From positions 570,989 to 634,988 of the forward strand of contig WELB01000025.1 in NCBI GenBank assembly GCA_009602725.1: 64,000 bases of DNA, in the 5' to 3' direction. The notes beneath the pieces are model-generated. The model was given only the letters and a program-made list of their open reading frames with translations. It ran no database searches and had not been told where the DNA came from. Positions 13,237 to 31,498 of the stretch are shown here, piece after piece. Every line of letters begins with the position of its first letter. The first letter of the stretch is position 1. A program made the translations under genes and the position numbers. Source of the stretch: Spirogloea muscicola. Taxonomy: Eukaryota.

Positions 13237-13825
13237 GACGTCTTTCCGCCTGCTAGCTATTCAGATTTGCATCTACTGACTAGAGGTTACTGAGAGTCCG
13301 CTTGCTGCTGTCTCAGTCCTCAGCACTCCGGCTCCTTCAGACCTTGTCCAACCCTTTGGGCTGGCCTCTCCCAGCCACCAATTATCTCGGATCCCACTGG
13401 CTCGACCTGTTGGCCAGGCTTGCACGGCGCGCTGTGTCCCGCAGGCGCGGTGAGCCGGCTGACTTCAACGCCGCTGGCTCGTGGGCTCAGGTGTATCGTA
13501 TGCGCTTGTCCGTCTCCCTCCAGCGGTCCATGGCCCACGCCTTGCATCTGCGTGCTGGCCGTGCTCTCGCTGCGGCCTCCGGCTTTCGTCAGGGGGATAG
13601 TTTACCGGCAGCTAGTCTGTCGGATGTGAGGCTCCTCACTCGTAACTACTAAGTGGTCCATCCTCCCCCGTTCTGCCATAGCCTCTTCAGGCCCTGCAGT
13701 CGCTGCTTAGCTCGTACTTTGGCCCCTTCGAACCTTGTCAATTCTTTTCGGGCTGGCTTCTCACAGCCCTTGCCCTCATTGGGAGAGCCACTTCTTCTGA
13801 ATTAATCTGGCCGCGCTTGCTCTCT
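13237..13825 (+). mobile_element. Two nested 3'-end fragments of the CRE-like retroelement
   Basis: ORF 13302-13652 ends FNAAGSWAQVYRMRLSVSLQRSMAHALHLRAGRALAAASG..SDVRLLTRNY*, like the C-terminus of ORF 61034-62344. Hairpin tails at 13358-13376 and 13750-13769. Confidence 0.88.
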
Positions 13826-13909
13826 GTGGCCGGGTGTTGCAAGATATCAAAGATGAGAATCTAACTTTGCCTTCACCCTCTGCAGGCATATGCTGGGACA
13901 CAAGAGAAG

Positions 13910-13991
13910 GCGCGCGGTGCGCATGAAATTAACAGGGAGGCCAATTCTAGCCTTACAAATGTCCTGTTTACGGGGTAATGAGCTGGCTAAG
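13910..13991. repeat. 82-bp dispersed repeat, copy 1 (copy 2 at 60966-61047)
   Basis: Ungapped manual alignment gives 75/82 identities with 60966-61047. Confidence 0.92.
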
Positions 13992-14008
13992 GGGGACCCT
14001 AATATCGA

Positions 14009-14089
14009 ATGCTGAGACAAATGGGTGGTGGTGCAACCATGCCGCAGGCTATCAATGTCACCCCTGATGAGTGAGAAGCCGTTGACAGG
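14009..14089 (+). pseudogene. RAD23-like exon fragment (region preceding UBA2)
   Basis: MLRQMGGGATMPQAINVTPDE*EAVDR resembles plant RAD23 (..MPQAVTVTPEEREAIER). In-frame TGA, probably from CGA. Confidence 0.6.
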
Positions 14090-14192
14090 ATATGATGCTG
14101 CTCTGAAGAGCTGATAGCTCTTGCATGCTCACGAGACATGGTTGCAGCTAATGTGATGGTCATGAATTGAGCTTATGGTGTCATTCCCTCAG

Positions 14193-14460
14193 GCATTCTC
14201 CTGCTGGTGCCAGGCGACAATGGCGTGCAGGGCGTGGCAGCGATGCCGGAGAAAGACGTGCTCTCTGTATGGGCTTTGTACTCGACATGATGGTGGTCCG
14301 TCTGAGCATCACCGATGGCCTGCTGATGGCGAAGTAGATCGTGCCCCAGACGTACTTCAAAAATTGCAAGGAGGCCATTACGAGCACCACACTGGCACGG
14401 GACCTGCAGAAGGAGGAGGAGGTATCGGACAGTAACGATGAGGAGCACATGGCCATCTGA
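14193..14460 (+). pseudogene. Terminal exon fragment of a ThrE-like (threonine/serine exporter family) membrane protein
   Basis: After a ccctcag acceptor: GILLLVPGDNGVQGVAAMPEKDVLS/(frameshift)MGFVLDMMVVRLSITDGLLMAK*IVP..MAI*. The GIxLLVPG motif is followed by a final TM helix; one frameshift and one stop. Confidence 0.55.
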
Positions 14461-15117
14461 TGGACGGCGCTAGGAGGAACCTCTACTTTCACGGCACTTC
14501 GGCAGGCTTTTCTTGCGAGACATTCATTTCTTCAATACGTGGTCAGAAGTCACAGCATCTCATGCAATACAATCCTACATACTGCTCATAGAAGAACCTG
14601 GAAGTGCATGTGCCTGAAGGGCATCTGTGGAGTGTTTCACCCTCAACCATGATGTTCATCTACCGTCCTGTTCAGCTACACTGCCTTACAAGCACATCCT
14701 TCCAACCGTTTGCACCCACTTAGTGGACCCATGTGCAGGACTCCAGTGTGAGCATGGCTGTGTTTGCGTGCATGGTGTGCTTGCATGTATGATGCTTACT
14801 GGCTGACCGCACATATAAGCATCTATTGTGCTGATTCTTGACTCGTCCAACCGCGGCAGCAGTGTCAAATTTGGGTAGTTCCACATAGCATTCATTCAGT
14901 ATGGCAGTGTGACCTAGCTTTGCATCAGTATACAATCACATCCCTTTGACGTTGGCCAAATGCTAGCATCAGGCATACACCAGAATTCTGCAGGGCTTGC
15001 TCTCTCTATATACCTATAGAGTCTAGACGACTCCTCGACGAGTCTCCAATAGCCCAGCAGGAGAGGCTGCGCAGCCGGTTGCCGTAAGGTGGCTCATCAA
15101 CGAGGTCAAGATGAATG

Positions 15118-15256
15118 CCGGACCCGGGCACGCGCACTGCAGGGTGTGCCTCAAGACAGCGGGCAGACTGCACTGGATTCGGATGCGACCAGTGCTGCGT
15201 TGAATCCAGTGCAGTCTGCCCGCTCACTCTGCAATGCCGACGGACGTGCGTTCCGG
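15118..15256. ncRNA. Long fold-back hairpin, candidate pre-miRNA/hpRNA
   Basis: Perfect 23-bp inverted repeat 15158-15180 / 15202-15224 (agcgggcagactgcactggattc). Further pairing outward (tgcagggtg/cactctgca, gcacg/cgtgc, ccgga/tccgg). Confidence 0.45.
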
Positions 15257-16148
15257 ATGGTACAACAAGCATGCGGAGCTGTCGAGTGACGGCTGTAGCT
15301 CAGACTCAGTGAGGAAGTCCACGGAGGTAGCTGTCCGGTAGCTGTCGTCGCCGCCGGCCTTCAATGCCAGCACCCACAGCTGCCCGAGGTTGTTGACGCT
15401 CTCAAGCACGCCCCGCGACGACCGGTGCAGGCCCGCGCCCGCTCCTGCGAGTCCCGCCTCGCTCTGGCACCATCGGCGAGGCTTCATGTATTGACTTCTT
15501 GACGGGTCTCTCCGGCTCCGGCTATGTGACTGGACCGATGAGGCCCCGGCCCTCGACGTAGTCGCAAGCTCCTCCCCGCTCTCTTGCTGCCGCTTGCCCT
15601 CTCCTCAACTTCCTGTGCCTCTCTTCTCTCCTCAATTCCTTCCTCTCTCACGACGCCTTCGTCTCCTCTCTTCCAGCGCCTCTAGCGCAAAGCGGCTGCT
15701 GATATAAAAAGAGCGGCAGGGCCGCTCTCACGTCGACAGACTGCGTGCAATTCGGGTCTTGCGAGAGAGGTTGTCCCACTAGAGCGCGCGCGGTGCGGTT
15801 GAGATGGAAGAGTGGCGATTGTATCGGAGGCCCGCCAAGAGTGCGCTCCCCTCTTTCCTGGGGGGCCCCGCCCTGCCCGGCCCACGCGCCCCTCCACCTC
15901 CCTTCCATGCATGCATGCCGGGCGCGTGGCGGCCGCGGGCTGCCCGGTGGGCCCAGAGCGCCCTCGAGAACGCCCGGGCGGGGGCCCGGATGCCTACACC
16001 GGGCCGAAAATGCCCTCGACGGCGCCGGTGGCGCGAGCGGTGCGCATGAGATGAAAGGGTGACCGTTTCGAGCCCAATGCATTGCACAGCTAGAGGCCAG
16101 TGCAAAACGAGGGATCTGGCGAGAAAGAAAGTGGCTCTCCCAATGGGG

Positions 16149-16470
16149 CAATCGACGTACATGGGGCCTACGGCAGTCGCTGGCCGGGCCTTCTGCAGCG
16201 GCTTGCTTGGTAGGCAATTGATCGGCGGTCGGGTCAGCCAGGGGAGCTGCCGGGCTTCGATGCTGCCGGCTCGCTCGCGCAGGTCTTTTCGCATGCGGCT
16301 CTCCGTCTCTCTCCAGCGTCCCTGGCTCACGCTTTTCACACGCGAGCCCGCCGCGCAATGTCTGCTGCCTGTGGGTCTCGACGGAGTGCTTCTTTCCCAG
16401 CTGCAAGTTACTCGGACTTGCTGCTGCTCACTCGCGGGTAGTGAGCTTCCTTCTGCGGTCGTGTAGTGCT
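16149..16470 (+). mobile_element. CRE-like retroelement 3' fragment (frameshifted)
   Basis: AIDVHGAYGSRW...FDAAGSLAQV/FRMRLSVSLQR...FPAASYSDLLLLTRG*. Abuts a reverse-oriented tail remnant at about 16122-16148. Confidence 0.85.
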
Positions 16471-16699
16471 GAGTGGCCAAGTACAAAAGCAAGCACATCG
16501 ACAGATGTACATCCACCTGCTGCTAAGCTGACCCGCTCAGTAACCACGAGTCAGCACGTATAGGTCGCTGACTGATGCCCGAATACTGGACGGCAATGGA
16601 CAAGCCCTTGTGCCACCAGATAAAGCTCGACCAGCTTCCCGGTGCAAAAGCATGAGCCTGAGCTCGCTGCAAACAGGCTGATACATGACTTTGCAAAAC

Positions 16700-17230
16700 G
16701 ACAACTAGGCTGCCGGCATGCCCATCTCGACAGGAAGCACAATCTACTGCGGGATGCCCTGGCGTACGTGATGCGTGACGCCGGCTACCGCACTAATTTG
16801 GGGGTGAACAACATCATGCCCATCACCATGGACGCTCAGGGACGCCATCACCGTCGCACCCTAGACATTGTGGTTGTACAATCCGGCGGAGGTCCACGCC
16901 TTGGTCGATATGATTGTGACGGAGTACTAGAGCTCAGCATAAACTCACACGCAGTCGGAAGTGCAGAGTAGAGAAAGCTGCAGCACTACCCTGACTACCC
17001 ACCTCCTACCAGCCGCGCCTTGACACTTTTGGCTGCATGAATCGTCCTTTTCATACCCTACTTGAGAGACTCGTAAGTCTAGATTATGAACGACGTGGTG
17101 GGACATCGCAGCATATATGTAGCGAGGTCTCCGCCCTCCGCGAGGAAGCCGCACTCACACTGACGGACTCCTATCAGGCAAGTGGGGGGCAGGCTAAGCA
17201 TAGTTGGACGAGCTTTCAATAGGCCTCGGG
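16700..17230 (+). mobile_element. Degenerate CRE-like endonuclease-region fragment
   Basis: LGCRHAHLDRKHNLLRDALAYVMRDAGY..NNIMPITMDAQGRHHRRTLDIVVVQSGGGPRL aligns with LRCAHGGERTASHDLLRDGMQGVFSEAGF..SSIMPIQLGADGQPHTRRADLVAIPPGGGPRI. Confidence 0.75.
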
Positions 17231-19140
17231 GCTAATCTTCACGGCGTTGTGGATGGCGTGAGTGGTGAGCCAGTCATTAGCACCAGATCTTGCAAAGGGG
17301 GCGGGGGCTGTGAATGGCCAGCATAGAAAGAATGAACAAGGTCCACAGGGCCGAAAGGCTCCAAGACCACACAGCTATGCAAGAGTACAGCGATGGGAGC
17401 TTGCTAACTCCGAGTCAGCAGCCGCAAGTGGGAGTAAGGTGCAGCTGGAAAAGAGGCAAGACCACGAAACCCTGAAGCAGCAGCCATAGCACAGCCTGCC
17501 CGCAAGTGCACTGCGTGAGCCTGGGACGGTTGAAAAATATCGACAGCCGCATACGGAACACCTGGAAAAGCGACCCGGCGACGTTGAAGCGGGGCAGCTC
17601 ACCTTGCTGTCCCTGCCGTTAGCTCTATTGCTGAAGCTGCTGGAGGCATTGAGGAGCGTCCTCCCAATGGTCAACTCTTGCCCAACGTGTCCAGTCTTAT
17701 CTGATTTGCTCCTGACACATACTAGTCACTTATAGAGCACACCTTCCTTCAAGACAGGCTGTTGCCTCGAGAAATACTGGTAATAATCTCGCCGGTCCTC
17801 ATACACAGAGGACAGCGCTTGAGCATGGACTGTGCTGGCTTCAGAGAGTCCCTGGTCCCCCCCCTCCTACTCTGGCCATGCAATTCCAGCTGCTCCTTGT
17901 TGATACTGCCTGATTTCCTGGAACTGCTGCTGCAATGGATACTCCCAAGGGCTGGCTGTCTCAGGAAGACCCCGCGTTCAGCAACCTCTACGTGCTTGAC
18001 CATGGCTAAGCAGGCCAGTATAGCAGCAGGCTGCCCGCACTTCATAATGAAAGCCTTTGCATCTGGCCGCTCTGGCCCCTGTCACATAATCACACGCTGT
18101 TTTCTACTAGGAGCGACCACCCGCCTACTCTTGGGCAGAAGGCTCTTTGCTCAGGAGACGGTGGCTTGAATGCCAGAGTGGGCAAGGTCTGAAGGCTAGC
18201 TCTGACACGAAAGCACAGACTACTCTTAGGGAATCCCGCTACCCGTGCACGCCCGCTCGGAGATACGAGAGCTTCCCACCGTGAGCCGGGCAGCCTTGGT
18301 GAAGCTCGTAGACCTCACAGACACAGCCGTCGCCCCCTTTGGACGAGCTCACTCTCTCAGATTGCCTCGAGAGTAGTACTGCTGCAAAACGTTGGGCCTT
18401 ATTGACTGCTTTCGGGCTGGCTTTTCACAGCCCTCGGCCCCCTTTTGGGAGAGCTTTCTATACTTTTGTGAGAGCCACTTCGTTCTACAGCCCTCGCCAC
18501 CTTCGGAAGAGGTCATTTCTTGATGCAAGAAGCAGGGATTGTCGAACGCGACGGAAAGATCCAACGACCAGGGCGGGGGGCAAGCGCGGCCAGATTAACT
18601 GGATTACCTGGGGGGAGTGACGGCAGCAGCGAAGGCGCGACGCAGCCGGCGGGGGGGCCCGCGGCCAGGAGCGCTGACGGCAGCAAGCTCGACCCCATTG
18701 GGCGCCCGTGAAGGGCGGAAGCCGCCCGGAAGCTTCAAGCGGCGGGGGGGGCGCTTGTGGGCCCGCTCCCCGCGGCCAATAAGCGCGCAGCGTCCACTGA
18801 GAAAGGGAAGCTCCCACTTAAAAGGCTCTCTCTTCTCCTACTGGGGCTTCAGCTCGCCATCGAGTAACCGGCGTCACCGCCGAACGTCAAAACGACGCCC
18901 CAGCCCCATCTATTCCCGACGTCGCCAGCCCGCTCCTCCGCCGGCCTTCGGCCTGCAGCTCTCTCCCCCCCCCCCCCGNCCGCCGCCGTCGCCGTCACCG
19001 CCAGCCGCTGCTGCCAGCCGCCTCTTGGGCCGGCGGCTCTCCCAGCCGGAGCTGGCCGTGGGCCCTGTCCGGCTGCTCCCCCCGCGCGGCTCGATCGCAC
19101 TACGAGGACCAACGCACGGGGGACGCCTCTGCGCGTCGAT

Positions 19141-22100
19141 ATGTCGGCTTACGAGAACGGCCACTCGGCGATCGACGTTGGCCTCGAGGACCGCCATGGC
19201 GTCCCCCTCGCGGATGCGTCTGCCACGAGCTATGACATGAGCGTACAGGGGCTGACGTACAAGGTAAGTGTGTCGGCCGCTCTGGAGAATGCTAGCTTCT
19301 ACTCTTCCTTATGAGCTGCCTCTATCCTGGTCCAATATCAGCTTTGGCTAGCATGCGTGACGCACCTTATGTTGAGGTTCGTTCAACATAACCTGCTGCG
19401 AAGGCCACAACCGCTGGCGCTGGCCGCAGTAATGGAGAGGCTCGGTAGACGGCAACAGATTACTCCAGAGTGTCTAAAATAGAATTGAGCTGCCACCCAC
19501 ATTACATTACCGTTGATGAACTCTTGCTACGAACATCTTCTCCAGGTTCACATTGTGCTTCCTCTGATTTCAGCCACTTCATCTGCTACTTCACAGATAG
19601 TATCGAAGGTCCAAGGAGCACCTGTGGAGCGCAAATTGCTCGATGACATAACGGTCAATGCCCGAGCCGGAGAGATCCTTGCGGTCGTGGGGCCATCTGG
19701 AGCTGGAAAGTCAACTTTCATTGACGCATTGGCTGGACGCATCAACCCCACCAGCTTAGATGTAAGCTGACACTTAGAGCAGTACTGCCTACATCTGGTG
19801 GACAACAAATGAGCAGAACAGATGCACATGCTGATGGGACACCAATCCATAACGCCTGCCAGATGCATAAGTAAAGTCCTCTGACCAGTCCCCTGCATGC
19901 CACACTTCCTTGACGCTCGTCGCATGGTCAACAGGCGGGGCATGGCCAACAGTCATTGGTATCCTGCGGCTACAAAGTTTGCAGTGGTGACGTGCACCCC
20001 ACTTCAATGGGTTTTCTTTTTGACTTTGCAAGCACTGCTCCTGCCGTGCAGGGTGTCATTCTCGTCAACAACAAAGCACTGACAACAAGTTTTAGGCGTA
20101 TCTCTGGTTACGTCATGCAAGAGGATGCTTTATACCCTCAGCTAACAGTGAGGGAGACGTTGCTCATAAGCGCACGCCTGAGGATCTCAGACGAAGTATC
20201 TCACAAGGCGAAAGTCAGACGTGTGGATACAATGATACAAGACCTTGGCTTACAAGACTGTGCACATACTCTGATCGGCAACGAGGAGGTGCCTGCATGA
20301 TGATACCATGACCACTATATGGAGCCCTACTCTGTGCATATAATTTTCAATTGAACTTGCTTTGTCATTAATCAGATTCTATAACGAGATTTGAAATTAG
20401 TAATGCTGCTGCTCGATGTCGCCAACAAATTGATGCGCTTGTCGAAGACCTCTAACAGATGCACCAGTTGTATCTGCTGGATACAGAGCCGAGGTATTTC
20501 GGGTGGAGAGCGGAGGCGTGTGTCAATAGGTGTGGATATGGTACATGATCCTGCAGTTTTTTTCTTGGATGAGCCAACTTCTGGCCTTGACAGCACATCT
20601 GCACTCAATATCATGGAAATACTCAACAAAGTAGCTGTGCAGGTATGTATTAGTCAAATTGCGTTATTTCTCAAACATTTCATGACAGCTATGCACGCCT
20701 CTAGATCTGCTGAAGACCATACTATGCAGGAACTCCTGACAGAAGCTATTTACTGGATCCATAGCTTGCACACTGATTGTAGACAGAGTAAAGCATTGGC
20801 AGAGTGAGCTGAGTCTGCGTGTCCAACCATATTGTTGCTGCCAATTTGCCAGCTTCACGGATGCAGCAAGGCATTCACACAGCCGTCTAAGATATGAGTA
20901 CCCAATTAACAAGCCCTAGCACCAGCTTGGTCACTGTACCCTTTCAGACTGGACTCATACAGCTGATGAGAATTTGTTACTTGATGACTTTTTCAGAGGA
21001 AGAGGACCATCATATTGAGCATTCACCAACCTAGCTTCAGAGTGCTGGAACTCATACATAACTTCCTGGTACTCGCTAAGGGGAAGAGTGTTTACCAGGG
21101 ACCCCTTGACCGGATGGTCAACTTCTTCCAAGACTACGGCTGTACCATTCCCGAGCGAGTAAGTGGTCTCGGCTATCCGTGTGAATGCACGTGTGTCTTG
21201 CCAACCACTTAGTGCTGCTGATGGAGAATGAGGGTGCTGCTGCTTGTTCTTCGCTTATAGTGAGATCTCCTCTTATGAGCATGGCACAGGCAAACATATT
21301 GGAGTTTGCTCTCGACTTCATCGAGAAGGAGCAGAATGGACCAGATGGACTGGACAAGCTTGTTGCTTACCAGGTGAAACAGAGGTGTAAATGAATCAGA
21401 TTCTAAGATTGTTGATTAGGCCCAGCAGTACAAGTGCAATGGAGATCGACTTTTTCTGATGCCCTCGGGGGGCTTGCAGGCGAAAAGGAATGAGGAGCAC
21501 AGAGATTTGTCTTCGCTGAGCAACATAGGCGTCCTCGGACTGCAACCACACTTTGCGACCAACTTCTTATCAGAGTTGATGGTCCTCATGGAAAGGACTG
21601 CACGAGTCACCTGGCGCACACCAGAGCTTTTCCTTGCCCGCTTGATCGTCATGGTAAGATGCACTTGCTTCAAAGGTCAGCAGTTCTAGTATATGCTATT
21701 TTCTCCTCCAAGAATCACATAGAGCTGACCTGATATATCAGTGTCCAGAATGGAAGCTTCACTATACAGATAACAGCTCAGAGCCAGGCTTTTGGAATCT
21801 GTTAGCTCTTAGCCCAGCATTATGTGGACGACCATTTGTGATTGCCGATAACATGGACATATTGCATGTTAGCCCTCTTTCGGATTGTCACTTTTCTGTT
21901 TTTCTGCGCATGAATAATCACCTTCTCTTGACACTTGGCGTGGCCCCTCGACTCCACAGAAGACTTTTGACGCCATTTGACATTAAAGGGGTTTGCTTGG
22001 CATTGTTGCAGTCAGTAACTGGCCTCTTCATGGGGTCCTTATTTTTCGACGTCAAATTCAGTCCCAAAGGAGTGCAGCAGAGAGAGTCCTACTTTGCTTT

Positions 22101-23247
22101 CACTCTCACGGCATTCTACTTCACAGCAACTGAAGCCCTTCCCGTATTCCTCTCGGTAGTGCTGGCACAGAATCCTCATGCTCTTACAGCTGATGTTGCA
22201 GTATATCATGATTGCTATGTAGAAGCCATGACCTCTGAATGGCAAACCTCCACATCATCAATGCATGTATATTGAGCACTTTGGGTTACATGGTCCATCG
22301 CCACAGGATCCGACAGAGGCGCCTCTGACAAGAAAATGTCTCTTTATCAAACAGGAAAAGCAAATCTTGCTACGAGAGACATCAAGAGGAGCCCATCGCA
22401 TGATCTCTTATGTTGTTGCGAACGGGCTCATGTTCCTGCCAATCTTCATGGCCATCGCAATCAGCTTCACCTGTGTCTCTTACTTTTTAATTGGGCTTGT
22501 CAATGATGCTGGCGCCTTCTTCATCACCACTATTATATTCTTTGCAGTCCTAGCACTCGCAAACTCCTTTGTCCTCTTCATTGGAGCAGTGGTGCCGAAC
22601 TTTGTGATTGGGAACACCGTCCACACTGCTGTGACTGCATTCATGTTCCTCGTATCTGGATTCTTCATTGCCCGGTGAGTTTTCAGTGCGCATGACTCTT
22701 ATTTTGCACGATCCACCTGCATCATCTGCAGCTTGCCATCGTTTCAAGGCCCCACCATGTCCCAAGTGACCATTGCATGACCAATCAGGACAACTCTGCA
22801 GGTAGATCAGTACTTGACCTCGTTTCAGCTGTAGCAGTGGGGACACAGCGCGTTGGCTTGACCTGACGTTGACTGCAAAAGACTGCAGCAGATTGCACTG
22901 CTGCCACCAATGCATCGATGCAAATAAATTGATTCCTGGTCAAGATTGACTATTCCTGCAGAAAGGGCATCCCTAAGTACTGGATCTGGCTGCACTACCT
23001 CTCTCACTTCAAGTACCCTCTGGAGGCCCTCAATCATAACGAGTTCAGCAGATTGACAGGGAAGTGCTTTGACACTGACGCAGCGACTGGCGCATGTTCT
23101 GCAACTGCCGACGACGTTTTACGAAGATATGGCGCCGGCAGAGTGCATCTTTGGGCCAACATTGGGATCATTGTCGCCTTTTACTTTGGATACCGCTTCT
23201 TCTTCTACCTTGTACTCCTCATGCGAAGTAGGGCTGTCCGCAAGTGA
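19141..23247 (+). CDS. ABC transporter G family half-transporter (WBC type), about 10 exons
   Basis: Walker [29 protein letters not shown], signature [31 protein letters not shown]-terminal TM domain with [27 protein letters not shown] order is typical of ABCG. Confidence 0.93.
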
Positions 23248-23802
23248 GCAGATAGCCAAAAACTTAATCTTCAAGCCTGCTGCCTTTGCGCGTGCAGCTC
23301 ATGTATGTGTGCAAGCTAGACTGGTTTCAAGAGGATGGATCACTCTTGCATGCACCGACTACAATCCTGAAGATGCTAGGCATGAATTTGTAAGCAAATC
23401 AAAGCTACCTTATATAAGCATTCTGACCGACAGCAACAAGTCATCTCTACATACAGAAATCTAAAATAATGAGGAAATTCTATAGCTTGCAAAACGTTCA
23501 TTAAGCAATCAACTTAAGTAGCTAACAGGAGCCAAGTCGTTTGGCCACTAATTGGACACTCTTAACATCAATGGCTTGCAAATACCCATGCTTTGCCCCA
23601 ACTTGCCAAGCACAATCCTTGCCCGCCCCAACCCAAGCCCTCCTCCTGAGGTGCTGCGCTCATACACACAAGCTGACTCCATACCGCCCAAGGTATCGAT
23701 GCATTGGCCGTTTGTGGCTCGTACACCACTCTATGATCAGAGAAAAGGTGTGACGTAGCCAAAAGAATGTGATGTGTACAAGGGGAGCAGCCTCGACTCA
23801 AG

Positions 23803-31409
<7,607 letters not shown>

Positions 31410-31498
31410 CCGCGCCGCGCGCACCCCGCGACGCGAGGAGCGCCGCGGCCGCCGGCGCCGCCTCCGCTCACGGCGCGGCGTCCGGGCGTGCTCTGCAG

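Noticed and set aside
13750..13795. Histone mRNA stem-loop
   Set aside because: Superficial GGCT..AGCC similarity only; the loop is 8 nt rather than 4 and no histone gene is present.
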